From an uncultured Candidatus Saccharibacteria bacterium (lineage in GTDB: Bacteria > Patescibacteriota > Doudnabacteria > UBA920), in assembly GCA_964536745.1 (NCBI GenBank), contig CAZHYL010000004.1, positions 16,545 to 80,544 on the forward strand: 64,000 bases of DNA. Direction: 5' to 3'. This document shows positions 47,489 to 57,422 of the stretch, one piece after another. The translations under genes and the position numbers were made by a program. The notes beneath the pieces are model-generated. The model did no database searches. It was not told where the DNA came from and saw only the letters and a list, made by a program, of their open reading frames with translations. Position 1 is the first letter of the stretch, and each line of letters starts with the position of its first letter.

Positions 47489-48436
47489 ATGTCTCAGGTT
47501 ATTACAGTTAATAATTTAAGAAAAGTTTACCCATTGCCAAGGCAAGAGTGGAAGAATGGTGTGCGCAGCTTTGAAGCAGTGCGGGGCACTAGTTTTTCTG
47601 TGGCGGAGGGTGAAATCTTTGGTATCTTAGGTCCAAATGGTGCAGGGAAGACAACAACCTTGGAGATTATTGAAGGTTTGAATTTGCAGACTTCAGGGGA
47701 GGTCTCCGTTTTGGGGCTAGATAATATTTCTGATACTGGAAAGATAAAACAGCAAATAGGTGTACAGTTGCAATCTAGTGAATATGTACCCCAGATGACA
47801 CTTTCGGAATTATTAAAACTATTTTCTGGTTTGTATGGTAAAACTGCAGATGTTGATAAGCTACTTGGGTTTGTAAATTTAGAGAACAAAAAACATTCGT
47901 TAGTTAAAGATCTCTCCGGTGGTCAAAAACAAAGATTCACTTTAGCCTCTGCATTGGTAAATGATCCTAAGGTTCTATTCTTAGACGAACCTACTACAGG
48001 TTTAGATCCTAGGGCTCGCCGAGATGTTTGGGAGTTGATAAAAAAAATAAATGAATCGGGAATCACAATTGTTCTCACAACTCATTATATGGAAGAAGCT
48101 GAGTATCTTTGTGATAGAGTGGCGATTATGGATGCTGGCCAGATCTTAGCAATCAATCACCCTAAAACTTTAATTGAAGACTTGTCTCATACTACGCAAA
48201 TTTCTTTTTTAACAGATGTAGAAATAGATGAGAAAATATGGTTAGAGACTAAACAAATAGAAAAGGTCTATAGTAATTATCCAAAAGTAATTTTAGAAAT
48301 TAAGTCATTAGATGTTGTAGGCGATATCGTAAGGCTTCTTAGAGATAAAAACATTTCGTTTAGTAGTTTTACAGTTCGTACCGCAAGTTTAGAAGACGTG
48401 TATCTAGATTTAACTGGCAAGGTTTTTGAAGAATAA
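47489..48436 (+). CDS. ABC transporter ATP-binding protein
   Basis: Walker A GPNGAGKTTT, signature LSGGQKQR, Walker B LFLDEPTTGLD. Confidence 0.9.
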   Translation: MSQVITVNNLRKVYPLPRQEWKNGVRSFEAVRGTSFSVAEGEIFGILGPNGAGKTTTLEIIEGLNLQTSGEVSVLGLDNISDTGKIKQQIGVQLQSSEYVPQMTLSELLKLFSGLYGKTADVDKLLGFVNLENKKHSLVKDLSGGQKQRFTLASALVNDPKVLFLDEPTTGLDPRARRDVWELIKKINESGITIVLTTHYMEEAEYLCDRVAIMDAGQILAINHPKTLIEDLSHTTQISFLTDVEIDEKIWLETKQIEKVYSNYPKVILEIKSLDVVGDIVRLLRDKNISFSSFTVRTASLEDVYLDLTGKVFEE

Positions 48437-49184
48437 TATGAGTCAATCTTTCTACCAACTATTTTTGATGAATTTCCGGATGATTTATAGAAATCGTACT
48501 GGGCTATTTTTTACTTTGGTGATGCCTGTGATTATTTATGTTGCTATTTCTATTTTACCAATAGGAAAATTAGTTGGCGCTCAGGTTAGTTACTCGCAGT
48601 ATGTTCTCCCAGGAATTATTGCGATGACAATTATGCAAGGTGGAATATATACTCTCGCATATTGGATGATAGATTTGAAGACTCGAAATGTTATTAAAAG
48701 ATTTTTAGTTACACCCTTAAAGGTTTCTGAGCTGATTGGAACAGTATTGATAAGTAGGGTGCTAGTGGCATTAATGCAAGTTTTATTTTTAAGTTTTGTT
48801 GGATGGGTTTTCTTTGGGGCAACTGTAGGGTCTAGTTTATGGTTTGCCTTAGGGTTTGCCGCGTTAGGGGCACCAATATTTTTACTAATCGGGTTGTTAA
48901 TTTCAACTTTTGCAGACTCTTATGAAGCAGCTGCTCCAGTGACAGCAGCCATTGGCATGCCTCTGATATTTTTAGGAAATATATTTTACCCAATCGATGT
49001 ATTGCCTCAAGCTTTCCAGATGGTCGCAAGAATTTTACCAACTACATATTTAGCCAATGGTATTAGAAGCGCCTACTTAAATAGTGGTACATGGAGTGAT
49101 TGGGGTTTTGATGCCGCCATTTTACTGATTTGGTTGGTAGTAATGATTATTCTATCCCTTTGGTTTTTTAAACTAGAGGAATAG
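48426..49184 (+). CDS. ABC-2 type transporter permease
   Basis: Six TM helices, overlaps the ATPase gene, 252 aa. Confidence 0.8.
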   Translation: MKNNMSQSFYQLFLMNFRMIYRNRTGLFFTLVMPVIIYVAISILPIGKLVGAQVSYSQYVLPGIIAMTIMQGGIYTLAYWMIDLKTRNVIKRFLVTPLKVSELIGTVLISRVLVALMQVLFLSFVGWVFFGATVGSSLWFALGFAALGAPIFLLIGLLISTFADSYEAAAPVTAAIGMPLIFLGNIFYPIDVLPQAFQMVARILPTTYLANGIRSAYLNSGTWSDWGFDAAILLIWLVVMIILSLWFFKLEE

Positions 49185-49236
49185 TGGTATAAAGTTTGGG
49201 AATTAGAAATTAGTTGCAAACGAGCATTAAGTTTTG

Positions 49237-49270
49237 AAATAAAAAAACGCGTTAATTTTTACGCGTTTTC
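49237..49270. terminator. Bidirectional terminator (AAACGCGT..ACGCGTTTT)
   Basis: Read from sequence. Confidence 0.55.
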
Positions 49271-49653
49271 TTTTTTATTGCAGTAATATTTGGTTTTGCT
49301 CCGTAGTGCAGGGTCATTTTACGAGGAAGTTTCATGTTCCAGAATTTAAAATAATCTTCTGGGACTAATTTTTTCGGAATTGCTTTCACTGGAATATTTA
49401 GAGCATACCCAAGTGCTTGTGCTAATGAAATTCCAACTCGGATTCCCGTAAAAGATCCTGGGCCACTACAAACAATTATTTTTGTTAATTCTACCGGTTT
49501 AACTTTATGGTGCCTCAAAAACTTTTCTAGTAGTGCCAGTGTTTTATAATTTTCATTGAAGGCCAGCTCTTTGATTTGATTCTTTTGGCTGTGGTCAGAA
49601 ATTAATGCCAACTCAAGTAAGTTGAAATCTGCTGTATTAATATATAGAACCAT
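49252..49653 (-). CDS. tsaB: tRNA t6A37 biosynthesis protein TsaB (short form)
   Basis: Inactive Kae1/YgjD-like N-domain: MVLYINTADFNLLELALI...IVCSGPGSFTGIRVGISLAQAL. Only 133 aa. Confidence 0.7.
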   Translation of the reverse strand: MVLYINTADFNLLELALISDHSQKNQIKELAFNENYKTLALLEKFLRHHKVKPVELTKIIVCSGPGSFTGIRVGISLAQALGYALNIPVKAIPKKLVPEDYFKFWNMKLPRKMTLHYGAKPNITAIKKKTRKN

Positions 49654-49654
49654 A

Positions 49655-50962
49655 CTATTCTAATAACTCTTTAATTACTTTTCTGTCATCCCAGTTTATT
49701 CTCTTGTCACCAGGCAGGACCAAAAATTGTTCGTTACCTTTCCCAGTGATTAAAATAAGATCATTTTGTTCTGCGATATCCAAAGCTTTCTTAAATGCCA
49801 ACCTTCGGTCAAATTCGACAATTATTTCGCTAACCTTTCTTTCCTCTTTCTTAACTTGTTCGATACCTTCTTTGATATTGTTAGCAATCTCTTCTTGGCT
49901 ACTGTCGTATACGTCATCATTAGTGATGATAATTGTGTCGGCGAACTTTGCCGAAATTTTTCCGAATTCAAATCTTTTTGCGATATCTCGGTGACCACCT
50001 GTCGCCCCGAAAACGTGAATCAATTTACCATGCTCTAATAGAGATGCAGTGCGGAGAGATTGTTCTAAAGGTTCCGGCTCGGGGGCATAATCGACGATAA
50101 TTGTAAGGTTTTTGTTATTTGGGATAGTTTCCATTCGGCCAGGGACAGTGCCAAATGTTCTAAGCGCTTCACTGGATTCTTGAAGTGGTACACCAATATA
50201 TTGAGCCATGCCGATTGCCAATAGAGCATTTGAAATATTGAACGAACCTTTTAAGTTTAATTCAAAGTTTACATTCTCAACTTTAAAATTAATTTTATTG
50301 GTAACAGTTATGTCAGTTGCACGAATCACAGGAACTGAGGTCTGTGGCAATCGGTCTTCTCTGGTTGAGGTTCCAAATTTTTTACCAGCATTGAAAGATA
50401 GAAAGTATTGGTAGTTTGGGTCATCGGTGTTAACACCAATAATTCCATTATGATCTAAAGCTTCAAATAATTTCCCTTTAGCGGATCTGTAATTTTCAAA
50501 ACCCCCATGAGAATCTAAGTGGGCAGGGGAGAGGTTTGTAAAAAGAGCAGCTTTAAAATTTATACCAAGATGTCTATTTTGAGCTAACCCTTCGCTAGTT
50601 GCTTCGATGACCACATATTTACATCCTTTGGCAAAAAAGTCGTGAAGGTTTTTTTGGAGGGTTGGGCCTCCTGGCATGGATAGTCCTTGAGTGTTTGTGA
50701 AAGTGCTAATACCATCAGAAGATCCAACAGTTGTTACATAACCTGTTTTTTTACCAACAGAATTTAAAATATGCGACAACATCATCACGGTGGTAGATTT
50801 TCCTGCTGTTCCTGTCACCCCAATTACAAACAGTTCATTACTTGGCGCCCCGTAATAAATGTTTGCTAGGTGTGCCAATATGCTGTGGTAAATTGGAAGC
50901 AAAGCTTTCAAAATTGAATTTGGAACAACTGCATAAATAAATTTTCTGATAGCGTTAAACAT
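49655..50962 (-). CDS. Mur ligase family protein (MurE-like peptidoglycan peptide-stem ligase)
   Basis: VIGVTGTAGKSTT P-loop and a Mur ligase central/C-terminal layout; 435 aa. Confidence 0.65.
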   Translation of the reverse strand: MFNAIRKFIYAVVPNSILKALLPIYHSILAHLANIYYGAPSNELFVIGVTGTAGKSTTVMMLSHILNSVGKKTGYVTTVGSSDGISTFTNTQGLSMPGGPTLQKNLHDFFAKGCKYVVIEATSEGLAQNRHLGINFKAALFTNLSPAHLDSHGGFENYRSAKGKLFEALDHNGIIGVNTDDPNYQYFLSFNAGKKFGTSTREDRLPQTSVPVIRATDITVTNKINFKVENVNFELNLKGSFNISNALLAIGMAQYIGVPLQESSEALRTFGTVPGRMETIPNNKNLTIIVDYAPEPEPLEQSLRTASLLEHGKLIHVFGATGGHRDIAKRFEFGKISAKFADTIIITNDDVYDSSQEEIANNIKEGIEQVKKEERKVSEIIVEFDRRLAFKKALDIAEQNDLILITGKGNEQFLVLPGDKRINWDDRKVIKELLE

Positions 50963-50979
50963 AGGGAGAGTGCCTTTGA

Positions 50980-51954
50980 CTAAAATAATCGATTAATTTT
51001 TCTTAGGATTCTATAAATAAAATATAAAAACTTATTTTGTACTATATCTATAGCTTCAGGATAGGAGACTTCTTTGCCACCCCACTTTAGTTTGAATTTA
51101 ACAAATCCTGGTGTTTTCCCTGTAGCGGTTTCAATGCCCCACCAATCATAATGAGTTAGGCCGGCTGATTTGGCGTCCTGTATGGCTTGCCAGTGAAGTG
51201 CGTATGGTGCCATTACATTTTTGTTTGTATCTGAGCTCCCGCCGAATAGATAGGTTCTGGTGTTTCCGTAATCTATATAGATAGCACTTGCTATGACCTC
51301 ATTATTATAGACTGCACTATATAATTGAACAAAGCTGACATTTTGTCCATTATTTTTGAAAAAATTTAGTATATCTAAATAATAATCAGATCTATGACTA
51401 TGAAATTCTTGCCTCTGGCTGGTTTTGGTTAAGAGGTCGATAGCTTGCTTGTAAGATTCTGTATTTTTCAAAATTAATACACCGTGTTTATCTGCAACTT
51501 TGATATTGTATCTGGTTTTTTGATCCATGCCTGCCAGTAGTTGCTCTGCTGATTGTGTAAGGTCTGTAATTAAAGTTTTCCCTGGCTGGATATGAACAGT
51601 TGCTTTTCCATTGATGGGAAGTTTTGCTTTAGACTCTAGCCTGATAAACCATATATCAGGATAGTCTTTTTTTATCTGATTAATAAGTGCTATGATGTCG
51701 TTTGTATTATCAAGCACGGGTCCGTATGGTGAATACAGATAAGATCCAGAAAGATGGGGAATTGGTGTATTAAAAAGTTGTATTGAACCAACTATTTTTT
51801 TATTATCAAAAACTCCGTATCTTACCACAGGCTTTTCTAGGGTTGTTTGAAAATTACCCCAAGACCAGCTCTGCAAAAAAGAACCGTCTTTGTGGGCGGC
51901 AATAAAATTTTCGTAATCAGCTTGGTCTTGATCAATTAACTTTCTAATTTCCAT
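50980..51954 (-). CDS. FemAB-family peptidoglycan interpeptide-bridge aminoacyltransferase
   Basis: The N-terminus ...FLQSWSWGNFQ and the approximately 320-aa length match the FemABX family. Confidence 0.65.
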   Translation of the reverse strand: MEIRKLIDQDQADYENFIAAHKDGSFLQSWSWGNFQTTLEKPVVRYGVFDNKKIVGSIQLFNTPIPHLSGSYLYSPYGPVLDNTNDIIALINQIKKDYPDIWFIRLESKAKLPINGKATVHIQPGKTLITDLTQSAEQLLAGMDQKTRYNIKVADKHGVLILKNTESYKQAIDLLTKTSQRQEFHSHRSDYYLDILNFFKNNGQNVSFVQLYSAVYNNEVIASAIYIDYGNTRTYLFGGSSDTNKNVMAPYALHWQAIQDAKSAGLTHYDWWGIETATGKTPGFVKFKLKWGGKEVSYPEAIDIVQNKFLYFIYRILRKINRLF

Positions 51955-51956
51955 TG

Positions 51957-52517
51957 TTAAGATTTTGAAATTAACTTCAGTGCTTCTCTAATTTGAGTAG
52001 AGGTATCTAAAGAAGTATCTACTTTAGAAACCACATCTCTTACTTCTCTTGGATTGTATCCAAGTGAGATAAGGGCATCGAATAGATCACTATTCGCACC
52101 GCTTGCAGATTGGAGAATTCCTCCAGAGATTTTATTTTTTAATTCTAAGATAATTCTTTCGGCAGTTTTTTTGCCAACACCAGACATTCTTGTAAAAATA
52201 TCACTATCCGCATTAATAATAGCTTGTTGTAGTACATCAATTTTTGAACTGGAGATAATTGTTAAAGCAACTTTTGGCCCAACCCCTGTGACGGAGATTA
52301 ACATTTCAAAAAAGAGTAATGAATCGAAATTTGCCATGCCAAACAAAGTTTGACCATCATCACTGCTCTTGTGATGGATATAAAGTTCGGTTTCCTTGCC
52401 GATGGGTAGTTCTAGAACTTCTGGAGTTGTGAATATTTTATAACCCACACCGCCTTGCTCTAGGATGATAAATTGTAAGGTTTTCTGGAGGATTGTACCT
52501 CGTAAATAAGCAATCAT
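51957..52517 (-). CDS. ruvA: Holliday junction DNA helicase RuvA
   Basis: MIAYLRGTILQK...GGVGYKIF; two HhH motifs; C-terminal domain III. I placed the start at the MIAYL Met. Confidence 0.85.
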   Translation of the reverse strand: MIAYLRGTILQKTLQFIILEQGGVGYKIFTTPEVLELPIGKETELYIHHKSSDDGQTLFGMANFDSLLFFEMLISVTGVGPKVALTIISSSKIDVLQQAIINADSDIFTRMSGVGKKTAERIILELKNKISGGILQSASGANSDLFDALISLGYNPREVRDVVSKVDTSLDTSTQIREALKLISKS

Positions 52518-52617
52518 GTTTGTATTATACCTCACTTTTGGAAACTTATTAGGGCTTGTCAGAATGGTATTATTTTGTTAAATTGGACTATTGAATGAAA
52601 AGAATAAGGAGAGGATA

Positions 52618-53604
52618 ATGGATAGGAAATTTGAGACTCAGGAGTTTTGGGACCAATTTAGAGGGTGCCAAGTTTCGGTCCAAAAGCCAGGAAAAAAATG
52701 GGTTACAGGAAAAAGTTGGGAAATAGATCCAATATTCTTCAAGGGTGTTTTGGAGGATGTCGGACTTCATAGAGGGTTGTCTTTAAGCAATAATCCTTTT
52801 GAACTAAATATTGTGGTTGGTCAGATTATTGAAAAAGGTGTCGAGCAAAAAGCTAAGAGGTATTCCTTAAATCTGCTGGACAGTAAGATAGTCGAAGAAG
52901 GCCAATCAAAGTTAATAGTTTATTCTAACCCAGCAAATCTAAGCTCGCCTCCAGATATTTATTTTACATTTCCGTTAAACTATCAATTTAACATAGATTC
53001 TGGAGAAGATAACAAGTTAGAAGAGATGCCGGCAGTTGAAGTTCTTCCAGATGATACTATTATCCCTAATGAGGAGGTAGCTATTGTAGAAGACTCTCGT
53101 CCTTTGAAAGCTTTCGAGGGGGCCAGTTGGGATGAGTCACTTAAAAATATTATCTTGGTTCGCCATGGTGATTACTCAAAGCTTCCCTCAGGGGAAAATG
53201 GATTAAATTTAACTGGGAGGAAGCAAATCTTAACCGTTGTAGAAATGCTTAGAGAAAAATGTGATCTTGGAAAAATTGCCATCTTTTCTTCTACTGCTAG
53301 GAGGTCTTGCGAAACCTCGATGATTCTTGCAACAGCCTTTGAGGCTAATTGGGAGAAGTATGAGTTTATTGGAGATGAAGGCGGGAATTCTTATAGGTAT
53401 CGCGAGGTGGTCCGTTTACTTTTCGAAAGGCATAAGGGGCTCCAAACCGTAATATTTTCTACTCATCTACCATTTTGCAGAGAAGTTCCAAGTCATCTTA
53501 TAAGAGATCTATATGATGGCTCGGAGTATGATGCAGGAGATATGAAAGTTGGTTCTTCAGTTTGGATAGACTTAAAAAAACGACAAGTAACAAGACTTAC
53601 GTAA
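52618..53604 (+). CDS. Two-domain hypothetical protein: unknown N-terminal domain fused to a histidine-phosphatase (SixA/PGM-like) domain
   Basis: AAGGAGAGG RBS before ATG 52618. ILVRHGDYS...LTGRKQ (RHG catalytic motif) and a later STHLP His. Confidence 0.5.
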   Translation: MDRKFETQEFWDQFRGCQVSVQKPGKKWVTGKSWEIDPIFFKGVLEDVGLHRGLSLSNNPFELNIVVGQIIEKGVEQKAKRYSLNLLDSKIVEEGQSKLIVYSNPANLSSPPDIYFTFPLNYQFNIDSGEDNKLEEMPAVEVLPDDTIIPNEEVAIVEDSRPLKAFEGASWDESLKNIILVRHGDYSKLPSGENGLNLTGRKQILTVVEMLREKCDLGKIAIFSSTARRSCETSMILATAFEANWEKYEFIGDEGGNSYRYREVVRLLFERHKGLQTVIFSTHLPFCREVPSHLIRDLYDGSEYDAGDMKVGSSVWIDLKKRQVTRLT

Positions 53605-53609
53605 TTCAC

Positions 53610-53637
53610 AGACAGGAACACCCCTGTCTTTTTTTAT
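53610..53637 (+). terminator. Rho-independent terminator (CAGACAGG..CCTGTCT plus T8)
   Basis: Read from sequence. Confidence 0.65.
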
Positions 53638-53694
53638 TGACTGATTTGTCATCCAAAGTTAAGATATGAAGTTAGAAAACCAATAGGAGGGAGT

Positions 53695-54657
53695 ATGAAA
53701 AGGACTCAATTGATACTTGAGAAATCTATTTCTGATGTTAAACGCATCAAAGAGATTGCGAAGTGCTGTATTTTTATTACTCCCGACGGAGTGATAGTTA
53801 ATGAGAATCCAAATTTTATTTTGGAGGTCGTTGCGGTTATAGGGCCATACCAGGACAGTGAAATAAATTTGCCCGAAGCGGTTTTGTTGGAAGTTGGCAT
53901 GAATCGGAGTAGGCCATATGGTAAAGCCGAGGGTAATGTCGGTAGAGAAAATCGTAAGGCGATTTCAAAACGGTACGGACACTATCAGCCTACACCTGAG
54001 CAGTACCTGCTAGTTGCTCCACACCTTTTTTCTTACCTAACTAAATACGCGACAGAAAAGATTCGTGGTTGGAAAAATAATTGGCACGATCCAAGATGGA
54101 TTAAGGTAGACTCAGCCGAGTACAGGCACTTCAGCGGTCAGCGAAGAACTTATAAATGGCTCATAAAAGAACCATGTGTTCGTTTCTCGATAGATATTAG
54201 GGACGAGTTTTTGTTAAGTGATATTTATTGGGCAGAGCTTTTTGGTGTAGAGAATCGGCAATATAAGCTTGAAAGACTTGCTTCATTAATGGGCAACAGG
54301 CTAAGTGGTTATAAAATTTACAACCGAAAGCGATTCCCAAAGAATTGGATGAACTATCCACGTTTTGCAAGTGCGATTTACTCGTTAAAAAATTTACCTT
54401 GGTATTTGCAGGTATATATTTGGAAAAAATACTTTGGAAGCCATAGCCGTTTTCATTATGAAATAATGGAGCAAATCGGCTACCAAGGATTCGACCCATG
54501 GGAGGAAATATTAAGGAATAAAGTGTTTCCGTTTCCAGAACAGAGATTGCAAGTAAAAGTAAAGGTTCTTAAAAAAAGTAGAAATAGAGTCATCTTTGAA
54601 TTATATCCAAAACTTCCTGAGGAGAGTGAAGGATATGATGATGAGATTCCATTTTAA
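53695..54657 (+). CDS. Hypothetical protein of 320 aa, rich in Trp/Tyr/Arg; no recognisable domain
   Basis: Has its own promoter-like TTGACT, 17 nt spacer, TAAGAT and GGAGGG RBS. A terminator lies upstream and the next gene carries a strong promoter. Confidence 0.5.
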   Translation: MKRTQLILEKSISDVKRIKEIAKCCIFITPDGVIVNENPNFILEVVAVIGPYQDSEINLPEAVLLEVGMNRSRPYGKAEGNVGRENRKAISKRYGHYQPTPEQYLLVAPHLFSYLTKYATEKIRGWKNNWHDPRWIKVDSAEYRHFSGQRRTYKWLIKEPCVRFSIDIRDEFLLSDIYWAELFGVENRQYKLERLASLMGNRLSGYKIYNRKRFPKNWMNYPRFASAIYSLKNLPWYLQVYIWKKYFGSHSRFHYEIMEQIGYQGFDPWEEILRNKVFPFPEQRLQVKVKVLKKSRNRVIFELYPKLPEESEGYDDEIPF

Positions 54658-54696
54658 CCAACGGACATTTTATATGCTCGTTGTTTTTTATAGAGG

Positions 54697-54725
54697 TTGA
54701 TAATTTTTTATAGATGTGCTATAAT
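54697..54725 (+). promoter_or_regulatory. Strong promoter TTGATA, 17 nt spacer, TGcTATAAT
   Basis: Consensus -35, spacing and extended -10. Confidence 0.55.
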
Positions 54726-54805
54726 AAATACAAATAAGTCTTAAGTTTGGCAAAAATAGTCAAATTTTTAGAAACAAAAATAAAAATACAATTAAATAAT
54801 AAAGA

Positions 54806-57361
54806 ATGAATAATCGTTTTGTGAATTGGGTGATGACTCACAAGGCTTTAACTGCGAGCCTCGCGGTTATGGCTGTCATCATTGGGTTAGTGGGAACTGT
54901 TTTAATTACTAATAAACCAGTTTCGTTTTTTGGTTATCAATTAAATCCACTATATCAATATGCTCAGATTCCTGAGCCTTGTGATCCTGGAGACCCGAAT
55001 TGTTTACCGCCTCCACCACCACCAATTCCTTCACCAACAGTAGATGTTCCAAATGTTTTATTAACAATTGGCGATAGTAATGATAGTAGTCCAAATTTGC
55101 CAGCAGATTGTGGAATTGAAACGAATGGCCCTGCAACAGTCGTTGCGACAAGTGGTGCTGCAGACTGTTTAAAAACCACAATTAATAACCCTAAAGAATC
55201 TTATACAAAAGATTTTAGGATTTGTTTATCTTTAGACTCTTCTGCAATGCAATGTACTCCATGGGCTAGTGAAGGTGGTGGTAATACTGGACAGGTAAGA
55301 AGTGGTGGATCTTTTCAATATGCTGGAGTAAGAGTAGAAAATCGTGATTTACCAGCTGGTAAAGTGATTAAAAATGTGGAAGCCGGGGTTCAGGTATATT
55401 ACCAGCGGGACGATGGTCCATGTGAAGGAACCTCTGGGATGAATTGGGCAAAGGCTATCACAGGGCAAAATGTTTCTTCATGGTCCTATGGTGCACAGCA
55501 GGATGATGACCCAGGTTGTGCTCAAATGGGATTACGGGCAACAATGCAAAATACCACCACAACTTCTACTATAAATATCCAAGGCTCTTTCCCTGGTGGA
55601 ACTCAAGGCACTCCTTACACTACTACATTAACTTTATCTGGAACTCCAAACCTTCCATGTACTTGGACTTTGGTTTCGATAACTCCTCCTGTGGCAGGTG
55701 CTGCGATTGGTGCGAGTACTGGTATTTTTACAGCCACTCCAACAACAAGTGGCATATTCCAAGTAGCGGTTAAGGTGGATTGTCAGAATGGCCAAACAGC
55801 TTCAAATACATTCCCATGGGCAGTAACTCATACAGATCCGCCAGGACCACAAACCCTTGCTATCACAGGCACATTTGCTAATGGAAAAGTGAATACAGCT
55901 TACACTCAAGCGTTTAATATTACTGGTACTTATACAAGTCCTTGTAGTTGGACATTGGTTTCAATTACCCCTGCCGTTTCTGGGGCCTCAATAATCTTTA
56001 CTGAAGGTGGCCCTGGTACAACAGGAACATTTAAGGCCACTCCAACAGTTGCAGGTACTTATCAGGTTTCAATGAAGGTTACTTGTCAAAATAATCTAAC
56101 CGCAACCAAGACCTTACCTTGGGTGGTGGATTCAGTCGGTACTCCTACAAGTTTATCAATTACTGGAACCTTTCCTGATAGTAAGGTGAACGTAGCTTAT
56201 TCAACAGACGTTAAGACAGTAAACGCTGGGGCTGATAATTGTACTCTTACATTGGTTAAAGTAACTCCTGCAGTAGCTGGGGCAACTTTAGTAAAAAGAG
56301 CTAATGTAAAAGCTGAGACAGAAACCACTGCAACATTTACTGCTACACCAAAAACTGCAGGAAATTATGTTGTGAGTGTTTCTGCAGATTGTCCACCTCT
56401 TGTAGGTGATGGTCCAAATAGATTCGCTTCAAAAGATTTTACATGGAAAGTAACTGACGATGGGACACCTCCACCACCACCTCCTGTGGGTAGTGCGAGT
56501 TGTACGGATCCTGCAAACTTACCATTCTTAACTGCTATCTATCGTTACTGGAGTCCATCAGCAGGGGATCATTTGTACACTACAAATGCTAACGAGAAAC
56601 CTTCTGGTTATCGTGCAGAAGGAATCGCTGGTTATGTTTATACTAAGCAGATTACTGGAACAACAGCAGTCTACCGAAGTTCTAACTCGAAGATTGGTTC
56701 TCACTATTATTCGACAACCAATGATGCAACGAACTACGGTTATAAAGATGAAGGCATTTTAGGTTATACTTTTGCATCTAAGGTTGAAAGCTCAGCTCCT
56801 TGGTATCGAATGCACAAAGGTGGAACTACCAGTGATTATGTTCACACTGTTAGTGAAGAAGAGCGTGGCGCAATCAAAGAACTTGGTTATGTAGACGAAG
56901 GGATTGTCGCTTACTTGTGTGGTACTCCTCAACCTACAGAGCTACAACCAATATACAGAATGTGGAATGGAGCCGAGAAAGAACATTTCTATACTACTAA
57001 TCCAGCGGAGAGAGACACTGTGTTAAGTAAAGGTTTCGTTTCCGAAGGTATTACTGGGTATATGTATGGTGTTCGAAAAGAAGGCTCATCTCCTGTATAC
57101 CGTTCTTATCATAAACAAGAAAAGCATCATTACTTTAGCTTAACGGAAAGTGAAGCAACTAAGTGGGGATATACAGTCGAAGGTATTGTCGGTTATATCT
57201 GGCCGACTACTAAGACTGGTACTGTTCCTCTATATAAGCTGTTTAATCCACAATCTCGTGATAACTTGTACACTGCTTCTACTGGTGAAGTTTCTCAAGC
57301 TGTACAGGCAGGGTATGAAGATCAAGGGGTGTTGGGTTATATGTTCACAACTGCTAAATAA
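54806..57361 (+). CDS. Large cell-surface protein with N-terminal anchor, poly-Pro linkers, three or four Ig-like repeats and about six C-terminal 48-aa aromatic repeats
   Basis: N-terminal TM/signal segment. PPPPPPIPSP and PPPPPPV linkers. Repeats ...ITGTF..GKVN.AY....TGTYTSPC.WTLVSITP.V.GA... The C-terminal repeats follow the pattern Y[RK]..N.....H.YTT...E......G[YF]..EGI.GY. Confidence 0.8.
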   Translation: MNNRFVNWVMTHKALTASLAVMAVIIGLVGTVLITNKPVSFFGYQLNPLYQYAQIPEPCDPGDPNCLPPPPPPIPSPTVDVPNVLLTIGDSNDSSPNLPADCGIETNGPATVVATSGAADCLKTTINNPKESYTKDFRICLSLDSSAMQCTPWASEGGGNTGQVRSGGSFQYAGVRVENRDLPAGKVIKNVEAGVQVYYQRDDGPCEGTSGMNWAKAITGQNVSSWSYGAQQDDDPGCAQMGLRATMQNTTTTSTINIQGSFPGGTQGTPYTTTLTLSGTPNLPCTWTLVSITPPVAGAAIGASTGIFTATPTTSGIFQVAVKVDCQNGQTASNTFPWAVTHTDPPGPQTLAITGTFANGKVNTAYTQAFNITGTYTSPCSWTLVSITPAVSGASIIFTEGGPGTTGTFKATPTVAGTYQVSMKVTCQNNLTATKTLPWVVDSVGTPTSLSITGTFPDSKVNVAYSTDVKTVNAGADNCTLTLVKVTPAVAGATLVKRANVKAETETTATFTATPKTAGNYVVSVSADCPPLVGDGPNRFASKDFTWKVTDDGTPPPPPPVGSASCTDPANLPFLTAIYRYWSPSAGDHLYTTNANEKPSGYRAEGIAGYVYTKQITGTTAVYRSSNSKIGSHYYSTTNDATNYGYKDEGILGYTFASKVESSAPWYRMHKGGTTSDYVHTVSEEERGAIKELGYVDEGIVAYLCGTPQPTELQPIYRMWNGAEKEHFYTTNPAERDTVLSKGFVSEGITGYMYGVRKEGSSPVYRSYHKQEKHHYFSLTESEATKWGYTVEGIVGYIWPTTKTGTVPLYKLFNPQSRDNLYTASTGEVSQAVQAGYEDQGVLGYMFTTAK

Positions 57362-57380
57362 ATTTGAAATTTACATTAAA

Positions 57381-57404
57381 ACCGCCAATTTGGCGGTTTT
57401 TTTA
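57381..57404 (+). terminator. Rho-independent terminator (ACCGCC-aattt-GGCGGT plus T7)
   Basis: Read from sequence. Confidence 0.65.
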
Positions 57405-57422
57405 TATTTTCTTGAATATTAC

